Counted from the first letter of the whole stretch, positions 38,070 to 52,129 are shown. The stretch is 54,968 bases of DNA, filler included, from Bipalium vagum (GCA_037834085.1; 3 parts of 3 records of this genome joined end to end with filler, not necessarily neighbours in it), one strand, 5' to 3'. Numbers and translations: made by a program. The notes: a model not told the origin generated them from the letters alone.

Positions 38070-39031
38070 TGAATAAATTAAAGGATGTAAAGGTGTCAGT
38101 TTAACATAATAATAATAATTATTATTTGTAATGGTTTCTAAAATAATATTTATACAATTAGTAATATTTCTTTCTGTAATATCTTTAGGAGAAATTCTAA
38201 ATTGATAAACTGTTCCCAGAAGTTTTTTATAATAATGAGAATTTAAGTAAGTTATTTTATTACCTTCAAAACATAAAATCATAGATTGTACTCATCATGA
38301 AATAAATCTTCAGGAAAATGACATTCTTCAAAAGTAAAAAAATATTTTTTGTAACTTGACATTCATCAAGATTGATGATTGAATTTGAGGTGTTTCGAGT
38401 AGACATTTGTTAAGAAAATTTTTGATTTTTTCAGTTTTAAATTTTTTCATTTTTTTTACTATTTTTGATGATTTTTTTAGTGATTTTTTAGTAATTTTCT
38501 TTGTTATTTTTTTATATATTTTTTTAGTTTTCTTTTTAGTTATTTTTTTATGCGACACATAGTCAAGGCAGATGCAGTTTCAGGATTTTTATAGACAAGA
38601 ATCTTAACAATAGTTTCTTCAACAGATAAGACCAAATAATCATTATCCTTAATAGCAGTATCTACTATTTGGTATACCAGCAGTATCACTATTTTCTTAC
38701 ACGTGATTAGAAATTTGACTTTTGCTAAAGTTTCTGAATTCTTCACTCAAGCTATCAAGGCAAGGCCGGCAGATTGGAAAGTCAGCGAAATCTGTTCTCG
38801 AGATTGAAACAGTTTGTCTCTCAGGGCAGATTGGACAATAGATGTCTATGGGAGAAGTCTCACAAATATTAGATGGTAATATTTCACATGGAGAAGATTT
38901 TGAAGGATTTTCAGATGTAATCTTACAATCAACTTCAGAAACATTAGACATCTTATTCAAGACAGTCAAATGTTTCAAATAAGATAGTTTAGAATTTACA
39001 AAAGCGGAAATTTGAATGATTATGCAAGAAA

Positions 39032-42000
39032 ATGCAAAATTTAGTATGTAGGAATTGTAATGAACGTTTTGCTAGGGATTGTAAAATAAAAGTTTATAAG
39101 CATTGTAATAAAAAAAGACATTTAGAAGAAACATGCTGGGCGAAAAATCTATCTCAGAGAGATAATGTGAATATCGACTGTAAGATTCAGTGTTTTAAAT
39201 GTAAACAGTATGGTCATATGGCGAGGTCATGTTTGAGTGAAAAGAAAAAGAAAAAAAAGAAGGTTGCTAAGAGACTGGCATTTGGAAGAAGCAAAGGTGA
39301 ACGCCTTAAGAGACAGATATGTTGATGCTGAAACAGAAAGGCTGAGAGTAGAAATCGAAGAATTGAAAAGACAATTGGCAAGGGTAACTGGATATGAAAC
39401 AGTATCGATGCTTAGGCCACAAGATAATGAGATCAGAGTTTTGACAAGAAATGATTCTGTAGAAGAAATGGTAGATTTAAATGGCGTAAGTAATAATGGC
39501 GTTGGTAGATTTCAATTAAGAAGACCTCAATGAACCTCCTGAAGTTTTGGAATAAGATTTTTTGTCAGAGGGCCACGAAATAAAGATAGAATTATGGATT
39601 TATTGAGTTAGGTAACAGAATTAACGGTTACTCACGGAGTTTTGGAAAGAATTGTGAAAATTATAAAACCAAGAATAACAGATTTTGGAGTGCCACAAGC
39701 AGAGATGAGATCTTTAGTACGACAATACGGAATGTATCTGAGATTAAGAAGTGTGGATCAGAGACAGATAAAAATTAGATTGAAAATGAATGGATGGGTA
39801 GATCTAGAACTGAGTCTACACTATTATGCTAGAATAAGAGCAGTCAGAGAAACAGAAAATCAGGTAATGGGTCGAGAATGGATCATGGTCATATTCTGGA
39901 GCATCTACCAGTTGGATTACGATGAATACTTTATTGATTGTGGATGCAATGCCGATGAGGAAACAATAATCTTAGCGGTACAGGTGGATAATTTTGGTCA
40001 ACCAAGATTAGCCGGACATAGATACGATGAATTATTAAATCCAATTATCCAAGAAGGAAGAGAACTACGTAAAACAACAGGAATTACTGAGGAATTAACA
40101 AGAATCGAAGTTTAGAATCCGGAATCAGTAAAGCTAGACGAGATATCAGATGAAGATATTGAAGAGCCAGAAGAATACCGCTACCAGAACGGCCAAGAGA
40201 AGAAACTCAAACGGGTAATCTCTCAATATAAATAATAGAACAGGAGGAACAGTCCAAATATATCCAGCGTTAGATGGTTTTCTTTATTGATGAAATACCA
40301 GGTGAAGAAAGAGCAGTAACTGAGTCACAAGAAGAGAGACTACAAGAACAAGAATTGGATGAAGAGGAGGTAGCTAGATTATGAATTCCAGTATATAAAC
40401 CTCGATTGAATATGCTAAGAACGACAAATCAAGGAAAATATAGAACAGACGACAAAAACTTCATAAAGATCAAGATTAATGGTAGGATTTTAAGATCACT
40501 GTTGCGTTCAGGTGCAACAGTTTCAATCATCAATGATAGAGTTCTAACGGATAGAGAGAAGAAAACGTGCAACCAGCAACAGGGGCTCAAACAGTAACAG
40601 GTCAGAGTTTAAGTTCTTAAGAAAAAGCACATGTACTGTAGAACTTGGAGGCCATAAGATAGAACATGGTCTGAGAGTGATGGCTGATTGCCCATAAGAT
40701 TTATTGATCGGAATGGACATCTTATCACAATTGCAAGGAGTGGCATTTGACCTGGTTACAGGAAATCTAATTCCCGTTCAAGGAAGCAGAGGAAAACGAC
40801 GAGCAGTAAATGATATCATATTAAATAAAAATTTGCTATTGCCACCAAGGGCGGAAACAGTATGTTTCATAACAGCTGGAGTGCAGGGTAAAGGAGCAAT
40901 GCATTGGACGATATTATTATATTTTCCATTAACGGAGACGAGCATATAAAGGACATAGTGGCAGTTTTGCAAAGACTTAAAGTTGCAGGTTTGAAAGTGA
41001 AACTCACCAAATGTGAATGGGCGAAGATTGAATTTAAATATAAGGGCCATATAGTATCAGGATTAGGAATTAGACAAGATTCGGAAAATGTAAGCAAAGT
41101 AGAGAAATTTGCGATACCTCGAAACACGAGAGAAGTTAGAGAATTTCTAGGATTGGCAGGATAATATAGAAGATTCATTAAGAATTATGTCAAAATAACG
41201 ACACCTTTGAATGATTTGTTCAAAGGAGAGACAAAAGCAATGAAAAGAAAACCCAAGCGAGAGAAGCGGGTGAATATAATAGTGAAACAAGCTGATAAAG
41301 TCTTATGCGGAGAAGAACAATAGAGAACAATTGAACAATTGAAAGAACAACTAATTCGAGAGCCAGTATTGGGGTATCCAGACATGACGAAACTTTTTCT
41401 GTTAATGATGGACGCTAGTAGTTATGCAGTTGCAGCGGTGCTAGCGCAACAGGCGGGAGGTGAGAAAGATCATGTCATAGTTGCAGTAGAGGATTGAAGA
41501 AGCACGAGCTTAATTATGCGACGATCGAGAAAGAAGCCTTGGCAGTAAAGGTTTACAGTAAAGAAGTTCAGACAGTACTTGTGGACACGGAAAACTATCT
41601 TATTTACAGACCATAGTCCCTTACAATGACTATTGAAAAACATGAATACGGCAAGTAAACTTATCCTATGGACCTTAATATTACAGAAATAAGATATAGA
41701 AATTCGGTATCGAAAGGGAAAGGCCAATGCAAACGCCGATACTTTATCCAGGATGAGATTAAGAGAATTATTATTATGCAATTTGGTGAATAAGATGAAA
41801 CTGTGTTAGCAACAATCAGAAGAGTTAATATGGTGGACACAGGAACAAATTTCATGAGTGAATTAATCAAGGAAATTTGCGAATTGTTTGCTATCTTGAA
41901 GCTCAATACATCACCATACAGATCACAAACAAATGGTTTAGTAGAACGGTTTAATGATACCTTGCTTAAAATATTATCTTCTTTTACGAACAAACACCAG

Positions 42001-44577
42001 ACGGATTAGGACGTTCATATATCCTCATTTTGGTTGAGTATAGAAACGCGGTCCATCCATCAATAGCAGAAACACCATTTTACTTGATGTATTTGAGGAA
42101 TAACAACATGCAGATTGACTTCGAGAATGTGAAGCCGATCTTGCAATATTTAGAAGAAGATTATAAAATTATTATGCAGGAGAGACTTCAAGAGGCATGG
42201 CAGAAAGCGGGACTTAATATAAAATATGGCCAGGAGAGGTACAAGGAACGTTATGACAAGACGGCGAAGGAGCATAATTTCAGAATTGGTGATAAAGTGA
42301 TGGTAGAGACACCAGAACCAATAGGAAGAAAAATGCTGAAACTTCAGAGAGCATTTAAAGGTCAGTACAGGGTAGAAAAAGTGACACCAACTAATCTGTC
42401 ACTAGGGAGCACTCGGAAATCAGGATCATCATATATAGTCCACGCCAATCGATGGAATAAATAGGTAGAACAGGTCAAGGAATGATACCCATTACGATCC
42501 CGTGAACAGCGGAATTTGGTAGCAAATGTTAAGCCATCAATATGATTTTGGCTGCCATTAATAATGATGATGATATGTCGAACAGCAGGGGAGATAGAAG
42601 CGAAAGAGGTCAACGTCAGCGTATTAAACAGCGGGATTAAAATATCAGGAAAACCTGTGGGACTTGTGGTCTAGCGCATTGATATTAAATCCGAGCACGT
42701 GCAAGGGGAGAAGAACAAATGCCGAATACCATATAGTGTCAAAGATAATATTTATATCAGCATGAAGGAGCATGTAAACAAGACCGACATTGCACAGTTC
42801 AAAGTTATCTTTTTAGGTCCCCGAGATCGAAATTGGAATGGGCATAGAATAGTAGAACTATTAATAATAGGGTTCAATACCACTTACACTCTCGTAATCG
42901 TACATATAGATAAGGAAGAGCCATTATATACTCCGAATTGTGGGTGGAAAGCACTGACAGCACAACCGTTAAAGACTGTCAATGCGAGGACTTGGACAAT
43001 CTGAAAGAAAAGGTAGAAGAAGCTGAGTCAGTGAAGAAAATCAAATTTCCAAAGGAAAATCAAATGCACATTAGAGAACAGACAGGAGTACAGAACAAAG
43101 AACATAGACTAAGAAGACCAAAATTTGAAACCACTACAATACGGACAACTAGTACAAGTGGAACAAGGACATCAACTGGAAGAACCAAGGAAATTAGTAT
43201 CAGGACAGTACAAACTAAAACAATAGTATCGACAACGAAATTGGCAGAATAAACTGAGAGAAACAGTACCAGGAAAGTGCAATCTGAGACAGTTTCAACA
43301 ACAACGGGACTAAGCAGCTGAGGTTTTATCAAAATAGATCCAATGAAAAAAGAAATCGATTGGGAAATCAAGAGAGAGGTACCAGTAATTTCTACAAAAA
43401 GAAGCTGATTGAAACAATACTCAACAGATTGACATGTTGGACATCAACTCTTCGTGCTCATGACAAGAATGGTCCTCTAGGAGCTGTCCTGTTCGATACT
43501 AAAGGAAACTTTTTCTTTCGGAGCCTAATGGCACTCAGAGCATATATAGCAGATTATAGGACAATCGGCCATGGTATCACATCAGAGATGGTCGAAGGGC
43601 AAGTTGACTAACTGACAGCAAAGTTAGAATTCTCCAGATTGCTTGAAGGTTATGAGGTAAAAAGAGAATTAGAAGCAATAAGAGTTGATAGGAGTTGGAT
43701 TTTTTGGCTACTGGGATCTTGCCACGTTACCACAAAGAAGGAAAGATGGGCTATTAACACCAAGATGAGATGGAACCGTGTCACTGCACATGTTAGTGTT
43801 TTATTATGAAACAGAAAAATGGAAAACAGAAGAGGTTGTTATGCTCTAACAAGGGATATTTCATTTATGATGAAGGTTTGGAGCAATGTAGAACCCAGGT
43901 GTGTTGAAAATATGGAAAGATCAATATTCGGACAAGAAGGAGAAGAGGAAAATAAAACAGAAGCTACGAAGAAGGGGGAATTGACAAAGAAAAAGGAAAA
44001 AAAGCAAACAAAGAAAGTGAAAAAGATATGTCAGATAGTTAACATGAGGACGGAAAGACAAGTATCAGTAAAAAGAGAAAAGCCGGCAGCCAAAAAATCA
44101 GTCATAGTGGAAGTCATCAAAATACCAGACTCACCGGCAAAAGTAGAAACTGAAAATCAGAACCGAAGAATGGACACTTCTACGATGGAGAGCGATGGAT
44201 CAGAAATCGAGTTGGAGGAAAATAGTGAAGAAGAACGAAAGAGGCTAGCAGAAGATAAGAGAATAGAAGAAAATTTTAAGAGATATAGGGAATTGTACAA
44301 ATCGCCACCAATAGATCTAGATGACAGTGATAACGAGCCTGGAGTCATCACAAGGGAAAAATATAATAAGAAACATCCAAACGACGGAAAGAGCCAGCAA
44401 GAGGAGAAGAACCTAACCACGGACTTCACGAGGAAAGTGGCAATCCGTGGATCACCAAGTCATCAAGTGCCAAAGAGAAAGCGAGAAGAAACGCTAACAC
44501 CCAGATGGGAGGACATGGTAGCTAAAGAAGATATTTTAGTATTGATCTTCAAAAATTGTTCTAATATAGAGAGATAA
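39032..44577 (+). mobile_element. Decayed Ty3/Gypsy retrotransposon with env-like region and an additional 3' ORF
   Basis: Gag knuckles (CFKCKQYGHMARSC); protease (LLRSGATVSII, LIGMDIL); RT C-terminal half (LDDIIIFS..GLKVKLTKC..VREFLGLAG); RNase H (DASSYAVAAVL, IEKEALAV, TDHSPL); integrase (DTGTNFMS, SPYRSQTNGLVERFN, FKGQYRV); then two further long reading frames. Confidence 0.92.
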
Positions 44578-44587
44578 TGTCATTTTT

Positions 44588-44615
44588 AGTGCGGCAATTA
44601 ATTTGTGTCGCACTG
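44588..44615 (-). mobile_element. Solo Tc1-type TIR
   Basis: Reverse complement CAGTGCGACACAAATTAATTGCCGCACT with flanking TA; similar to the 32437/33615 TIRs. Confidence 0.7.
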
Positions 44616-47600
44616 TATATATTAACATTATAAAAGCAATGAAAAAACCTAAGAAATCATATACTACATATTTTTTATGAAAAACACGATATGAGACGAA
44701 GAAAAAGGAATTTTAATGTTTTCCATGTTTTTATTTCTCTAATTACATGAAATACGAGACTTTTTTTCAAGAATATTTTCGAAAAATATTAATTTTTGAC
44801 GATATGCGATATGTCTGGTTCAACAAGTCTCATGAATATGAAAATTGAAGTACCCATTAATTTCTAGTGGAAAGAAAAAAACATTTTTCAACATTAACAA
44901 ATAAAAGCCCAATTAAGATTTCGTGGTAATTTCCAATTCGAAAAAATTATTTAAAATGTTTCGAAAACGCAGTAAAATGTAACATATATCCCTTTTTCCG
45001 GACACGAGAAAGAAGTTTTCGAATTAATTGAAAATAAAACGTTTTTTATTTATATAATATATCGTAAAAATTATAGTTTAATTCTAGAACATCAGACGCG
45101 GACTTGACACAAATGATGTCTAGACTTTAATTTCTATATTATCTTGCCTAATTTTCCCGATCATAATGATTAAAAGTTCATTAGTTGTTTAAAAAATTAT
45201 ATAAATATTAACTTCAATAATTTTTGTTTAACTTCACTAAAAAATAAAAGTACCGAAAATTCAATTAAATTTAATTTCTGGAAAAAAAAACGTTTAAAAT
45301 TAATAATAATCAATTAATTAATTCCCACTGAAAATCATTTAACTTTGATTTCTTTTACAGAATTCATTTCGGCCTAAAATCAATAAAAACGTGCTAAATT
45401 TCGATATATTTATTTATCTATTTTACGAAAATGTTCACTGGAAATTGATGAAATTAAATAAAAATGTCTGTTTCTTAATGGTAAAATACATGAACAATTT
45501 TTGCAATTAATCCAATTTTATAGGGGAAAATTAATCACACAATTATTATGAAAAAGTAGATATTGTACAATATGCTGTAGATAGCATCGGTTGAGGGTAC
45601 ATTTATGACATGAAATTTTCTTATCCCACCATCCGTTCATATGCAGAGAATAAAAATAAATTTCAATCGATTTATCCACAGTAAACATGTTGGATTTGAG
45701 AACCGCAACAAAAACATTCGCAACCCGGCAAAATAAGAAAATATTAATGAAATCAATTTTTAGCCAGGATGAATAATGGCACGATTTCATTGGTCCGTTG
45801 AATTTTGATCATGCATTCTCTGCATCCAACCAATGTAACCGGCTTACATGCAGTCTGTAAACATTGTAAACAAGGAACTTGTGCATGCTGACTAACCAAG
45901 CCCGTGACCACGATGCGAGACAAACATGCATACATGAATGTCAGTATCGAATACACACACGCGCACATCAAGTAATATTCAGGCGGTTATAACTAAATAT
46001 TATTATTCATACTTATTGTTCATTTATCATTTTGAGCCATTTCTAACTTACGGTATGTTTCCCGGATTATGTTTATTTTCAATTGTAATGTATTTTTCGA
46101 AATTTTATCTCATTTTATTCCGTAATTATTTTGTATAATTTTTAATATATTATTGCCATTTAATTTATGTTTGTTTTTATTAATGATTTTCAATAAAACA
46201 AAAGAATGGTTGGCCAAAAAACGTTTTGTTTTAATTTCGTACAAGTTATTGTGGAAATTAAAATGATGATCGATTAATGTTTTTTTGTACTTTTATCTCT
46301 GGAGAATTATTTTCACCATTTTTTGGATTTCAAGAAACGAATTTAATTATGTTTGTGAATTAATTTTTTTTTCTCGTTGTTTTATTGAATAGATTGAGGA
46401 GTATTTTTGAATAGAAACAAGTTCAACCGCTTTTTGTCAATTTATAATTATTGAGCAACAGAGTTTTGAAGAGCTCCACAAATATTTGAACTTTAACAGC
46501 ATTGAATGTAAACAGGCACTTGTCACCAGAGAAATAGGCATCATCATGATATTTCAGAATCATTACTAATACCAGTCTAGACACTCATAGGAGGAAGGCT
46601 AACTGGTTGTGGCATACTATTTTGTTATTGAACAACAAGTCCGAAAATAAACATTGATGTCTGGAAATGGTGGAAAATCGGAAAACAAATTATCATTGGA
46701 AAAAGTTGGTGACACCAGAACGCAATCGGGGCAAAATCCGTCCCCAATATCACATAATTCCCCATAATAATATGATATTCCATGCTTTAATTATCATTGT
46801 AAATAATTGATTTATATTTTGCAACGAGTTTTAGATTTATTATTATTATTATTATCAATTTGTAAGCAAGAATAACAAAGAGTTTCGTCAGATATTTTTT
46901 GTGTGTGTTATTGTTGAAAAAAATATCCTAAATATCACATTTCAGATTTTCATAAAAACATTTTTCCTGTAAAAAAATTGATTAAATTTTTTCTGATTCA
47001 TTTCGTTAAGGAATGAAAAATCAAGTTATAAATGGAATGTAATTTATTAAAATTAATAATAATTTTTTAAATTATAATTAAAATATCACCCATCTGAAAG
47101 TTCATACGAAATTGGTTTATTGAATTATTGAAAATTATTGAATTATTGAATTATTTTTTATAGTAAAATGTCTTAATTAAATTAATCTATCAATATTTTC
47201 TCTGTTGCAATAATATATATGGAATATTTTTTTGAAAAAAAAAACGGGGTTTTTTTTTAATAATATATTATTACCAAATTATGAAAGGAGGCCCATTTTA
47301 ATTAAATAAATTAATATCATTTCATTAATTATCTCCCATATTTCACATTAAATAAAGTATTTTCAAAGTTGATAATAATAATAATAATAATCAGGTTTAT
47401 TTATTGTGTAATAAATTCTCTTGGATTTTACTCTTTCTGAAAATATTCGAATTTCACCTGAAATGATAACAATGTTGCCAAATGTATCGGAAAAATAATT
47501 GAAGGAAAATGTGGTGTTTTTCATTCACTTTTGATTAAGGTTTTGTTAAGATATAAAATATTTATTGAACTGTCTTTTTGGACAACGTTTTGAACTGGGG

Positions 47601-48929
47601 TTTTATTGATAATACTTTTTAAATAAATAAAGTTAATTATTGATTAGTTATTTGAAACACGTAATTTTAAACACTTTCATTAATATTTCTTTATTACGAA
47701 ACGGTTTCGCACAAAAATTTTCGTACCGTATAAAACTCAGCTTAATTTTTTATATATATAAATTTTGTCAGATTAAAAGAAAACTGGAAAACCTTTCTCC
47801 CGAACTACTAACCTTCAGAACATCTTTAAAACCCCGGTTATAGGAATTGCAATCCAATTAAAACAAAAGTAAAGAGTACATATTACCTGGAATAATTATC
47901 TAATTTGTTACAACGGCGAATGTAGATCAATAATTATTTTTAAATTGGACTTTTAATCTGAAAAATTTTAATATATTTTTTTATCCATATCGTTTTAAAG
48001 TCGGAAATTTTAATTACTTTTTCCAGAACCGTTCAATTAAAATAATTTTGAAATCATTTATTTTTCTTGTTTCATTTTGAATATTATGTGTAAATATTGT
48101 TTAAATGTAAGTATCACATTATTCGAACTAGTTACATATACAATGAGTGAATTTTGTAAACATTGATGATATGCTATATATATATTTATAATATAAAGTA
48201 TTATTATTGAATTTCTCAGGTGAAACCCAAAATAATTTATTATAGATTTATTCATGAACTGAAAACAAAACAACTATAAATTTTATTCAATATTTACACT
48301 GAAATCATGGACTGGCACCATGGTTATTCATTTTTTGCTCACACAGACCCTTGTAGTTGGATTAATTGAAGGATGGAATTCATGTGAGGTATACACACAG
48401 TAAAATTTAGCATATTTACGACTTAGTCAAAAGGCCTGATAATTATCATTACATTTTTCAACAGATAAAACCTATCATATATCCATACAATATAATGGGA
48501 AATTGTTCCGTAATGGAAGAATTAGATTTTTTCCTTCTTTAAAATTTATTCTTATAGGGTCTGTCATTGTTATATGTGTCTGCTTGCAAAATTATATGGG
48601 CATTGATTTTTATTTAGTTTTCATTGTGGCTGAAGAACAACATAACACATGAATATATTCAGTTGATATAAGAATGTCCACCATTGAAACCACAAAAATT
48701 TGAAGTCTTTGGCCTTTCACATATGTGGTATTATTATCTGAAACAAATTGTGTTTCATAAAACAGTTCATCTTTCAATTATATATCTGATAAATTTTAAA
48801 TAAATCTATAAATTGAATATCTGTTTAAATGCATTTTGAATTGTTAGCACATTTTCTTGATTTATTAATCTCTCATTTTTACAATAATCTCATAATATAA
48901 TATTATTTTTTTTAAACATTCATATACAA

Positions 48930-49480
48930 ATCGTGTCTGGTGGGAAAAATGATTAAAAGACAAATCAAGCTTTGGAACCAATTATAAAATGAATGATCAA
49001 AATCCTCTGTAGAGACATATTACAAAAAAGTTCTGTTGAATTTACAGAATTTTGTCGTCCTGACCAATTTAAGTCTTGGGAATATCCAAAAGTCACTAAG
49101 TTCCGAATAGCGGGAAAATCAACTCATGTAATTATTTATTCTGGGTAAATTTTAGGCATTAAGTTACCACGTTGTGCAGTTACACTGGTATGGGAAAATA
49201 ACCATAACCATTGCTCATGGTATTTTGGACAAACTCTTTAATACTATTATGCAAAATTTTGGAAACTTATGGGCCACCGTATTTTGTTACTCGATATTTA
49301 ATAAAGATCCTAAAAGATGTTGAAATTTTTAATAATCATTACCAGATAGTACTGCCATATTATGAAACAACTCAATAGAAAATATCCCTAACACTTTCAT
49401 GTATTTAACTATTCATTGAGTAATAATGAAATACGAAAAAAGAAACTAACCCTACAGTTTTCGTTTTGTCATTGTCACCC
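48930..49480 (+). mobile_element. Heavily decayed Gypsy-type integrase fragment
   Basis: RVWWEK*LKD and SWEYPK resemble the VWWPxMxxDI and PWExPxxPW motifs; little else recognisable. Confidence 0.35.
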
Positions 49481-49539
49481 TATGAGAAAGTTAACATATG
49501 AATGAAAAAGAAAATTCCCTCTAAACCAGTTAGACACAA

Positions 49540-49920
49540 GACTTTGGAACTGTAGGCTTCTATGGCCGTTTTGTCTCACACACTGATTGTTAATAGTAAA
49601 ATGCCCATATATTTCAATTTTGAATGGTGTATCCTAAATTCATTTATTTCATTAATTAAGTATCTTTTCTCCTCCAATAGGTATTGTTTGATTGAATAAA
49701 ACTTCTTCAGTAATCAACACAGTTTCCGGATTGGCTCTGAGTACGAATTTATCCTAAAAAGTCGTTATTATCTGAAAACCAAAACATTCTAAAAGTCAAA
49801 TTGGTGTTCATTCTTCCTTATCAATAGATCAGCATCTTTGATAACAAATATCAGTTTCAAATTCTAAGTGTTGTTCATTGTCAGCCAAATGATACACTGT
49901 TGCTGGGATCAGGTATCAAT
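49540..49920 (-). mobile_element. Heavily decayed piggyBac-like transposase fragment
   Basis: HLADN (cf. LHFADN) near 49890 and GYTI..EIYG (cf. GYxxxFEIYxG) near 49620. Confidence 0.35.
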
Positions 49921-50149
49921 AGAAGAATATAAATATATAATACATAGCGACAGGAATAAAATCCAATAATAAATATTGGGTGATTATTCTGGCATATTTT
50001 TACAGGAATAATTGTGAAATCTGCAAACATTGGTTGTTGGAACATTTCCGTTGTATAAATTTCAAAAGAGCCGATTTTGGAAAAAATGTTTGTACGAACA
50101 AAAATGACATTTGATAAAAGGATACTTTGAAATTAAAGTAACTATGAGA

Positions 50150-50440
50150 CTATTTTTCCAAGTTTTTTTTGGTTGAGCTTCGATTTTCACTGCAGGTCTT
50201 TTGTCAAGTTATTTTAATATTTCTTATGTTATACAATTTTTTTAGAATCCAGACTTACAGAATGATTTTTTTAATTAGCGAAGCGTTTTGTGGGAGTTTT
50301 TTAACCTTAATAGCGACTGCTTTCGTTAAATTTAAATAATATACTATATAATTACAAAAGTAAAGCTAAAAAATTAATATTAGTTTGAGATTAAATTAAT
50401 CATTTAAAACAAAATGCTGCAGCTATATCGAATGAGATCT
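50150..50440 (+). repeat. Left arm of a ~290-nt inverted repeat pair
   Basis: Aligns by eye with the reverse complement of 52798-53080 (CTTATGTTATACAATTTTTT..AGAATCCAGACT, GAAGCGTTTT, TTTCGTTAAATTTAA, CATTTAAAACAAAATGCT). Confidence 0.85.
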
Positions 50441-52129
50441 TTTTTATTTATTTGTAAATTTTCGTTTGTTTAACTACACTATTTATATTATTGACAAATC
50501 ACATTTATTTGAAAAGTTCTTTTTGTGTTATACAAAATCGAAGTAATTGGTGTCAGTAAACAGTTCGAAACAACAATTTTAAAATCATTGATCAATGTTA
50601 TGTTACAACATAATATTATTTTATCATTATTATCATTAATAATTAATAAGAATTAGTTCGTCGAATCAGTCAACTCTTAATATTGTGGAATATCCACGCT
50701 GTAGAAATGTATAATATTTTAATTTCCCTCTTTTTTGTGTGAAACTTTTACTGAAAGGTACTGAGAAAAAATGAATTTGGAATGGTTTTGTTAATTTTTG
50801 TTTGAAATGATACAATAAAATACCAAAAAGATACAATTACTCTAGATCATTTTTGGTAAATATTGAAGATTTCCCCATAAGAAATTTTTGTTACTTTTTG
50901 TTGGGTTATTTGTTTATTATTGACAATGACCTCCTTTTTTCGATATATATGTATATAGCAAAAATATTTTTATAAAGTTTTGATTTCACATGAACTTTTC
51001 ATTTTATCTGGGATTGCCGTTTATTTCTCTTCCAATCTTGTTAAGATTAAAACAAAAAATTCATGTCAATATATTAGTCTGAAAGAGTTCCAGTTCCCAC
51101 TTTTTAATGCCTTGAAAAATCGTTTTTGTCAATTTCTAAATGGATTATTATTCCCATTGTGATTTATGTGATTATTTATTTATATTTTGCAACCTTAATA
51201 AACCTGTGCTCTCGAGGTATTCCAGGTAATTATAAATAGACATTACCAGTGTTACTCTGGTAAAATAATAAAAACAACAAAGTCTGGTCAATAGATTTAT
51301 CTGTCATATGACATTTTAAGTGCGATAATGAAATGATTTTCACTTTCATAAAACAGTGGAATATATAAAGCGAGATTTCATGTGAAAACTCTTCTGAACG
51401 AAAATAATATAATATTATTATTACTCGCAGACCGAAGATGAAGTCTGTCTGGAACACACCAGTCCGAAAATGTTAATGGAATTAGCAGGAATCTCTCTGC
51501 AAACAATTCCCCATCATCTCCCACTTTGAAAAATTGATCCAAGTCGTCGCCATGTCGATAAAATTGAAAAAATATTTGTATTAATATCCCCACAATGATG
51601 TATCAATCTCAATCTGAATAATGTTTCATTTATTATTTATTCAGTTTATTATTATTGTTATTTTTGCTTTTCGACTTACTTCAAACGAGGGTAAATTGAA
51701 ATCGGATAATCTCATTTACGAGGGAAAAATCGATATTGGTTTGAATTTTGAAATTTTCGAACCTTTCACAGAATGTTAACGGAATATTTATCGAATTCTG
51801 GAAATATAAGCCTTTCTGAATGTTTTTCTTTAATAAATTAAACAATTTTTATTAAATCATTATGGGTGACGATTTTAAAAACCGTAAATTTTAAATTGAT
51901 TGGAAAAATTATGTTAAAATAATAAAAAATTTATAATAAAAAAAAACATTTTTTATTAAAATTATTTTATAAAAAAAAATTAGGATCAATGTTTTGTTTG
52001 ATAGACTTTGTCAAAATTAATACTTGATTGAATAAAACGGCCGAAAATGATACTTTGTTTTAATTTTAAAAAAATAAGCAACGCAATTTTTTAAAAAATT
52101 TAGTAAGTAAAAAATTGTTAGGCAATTCT

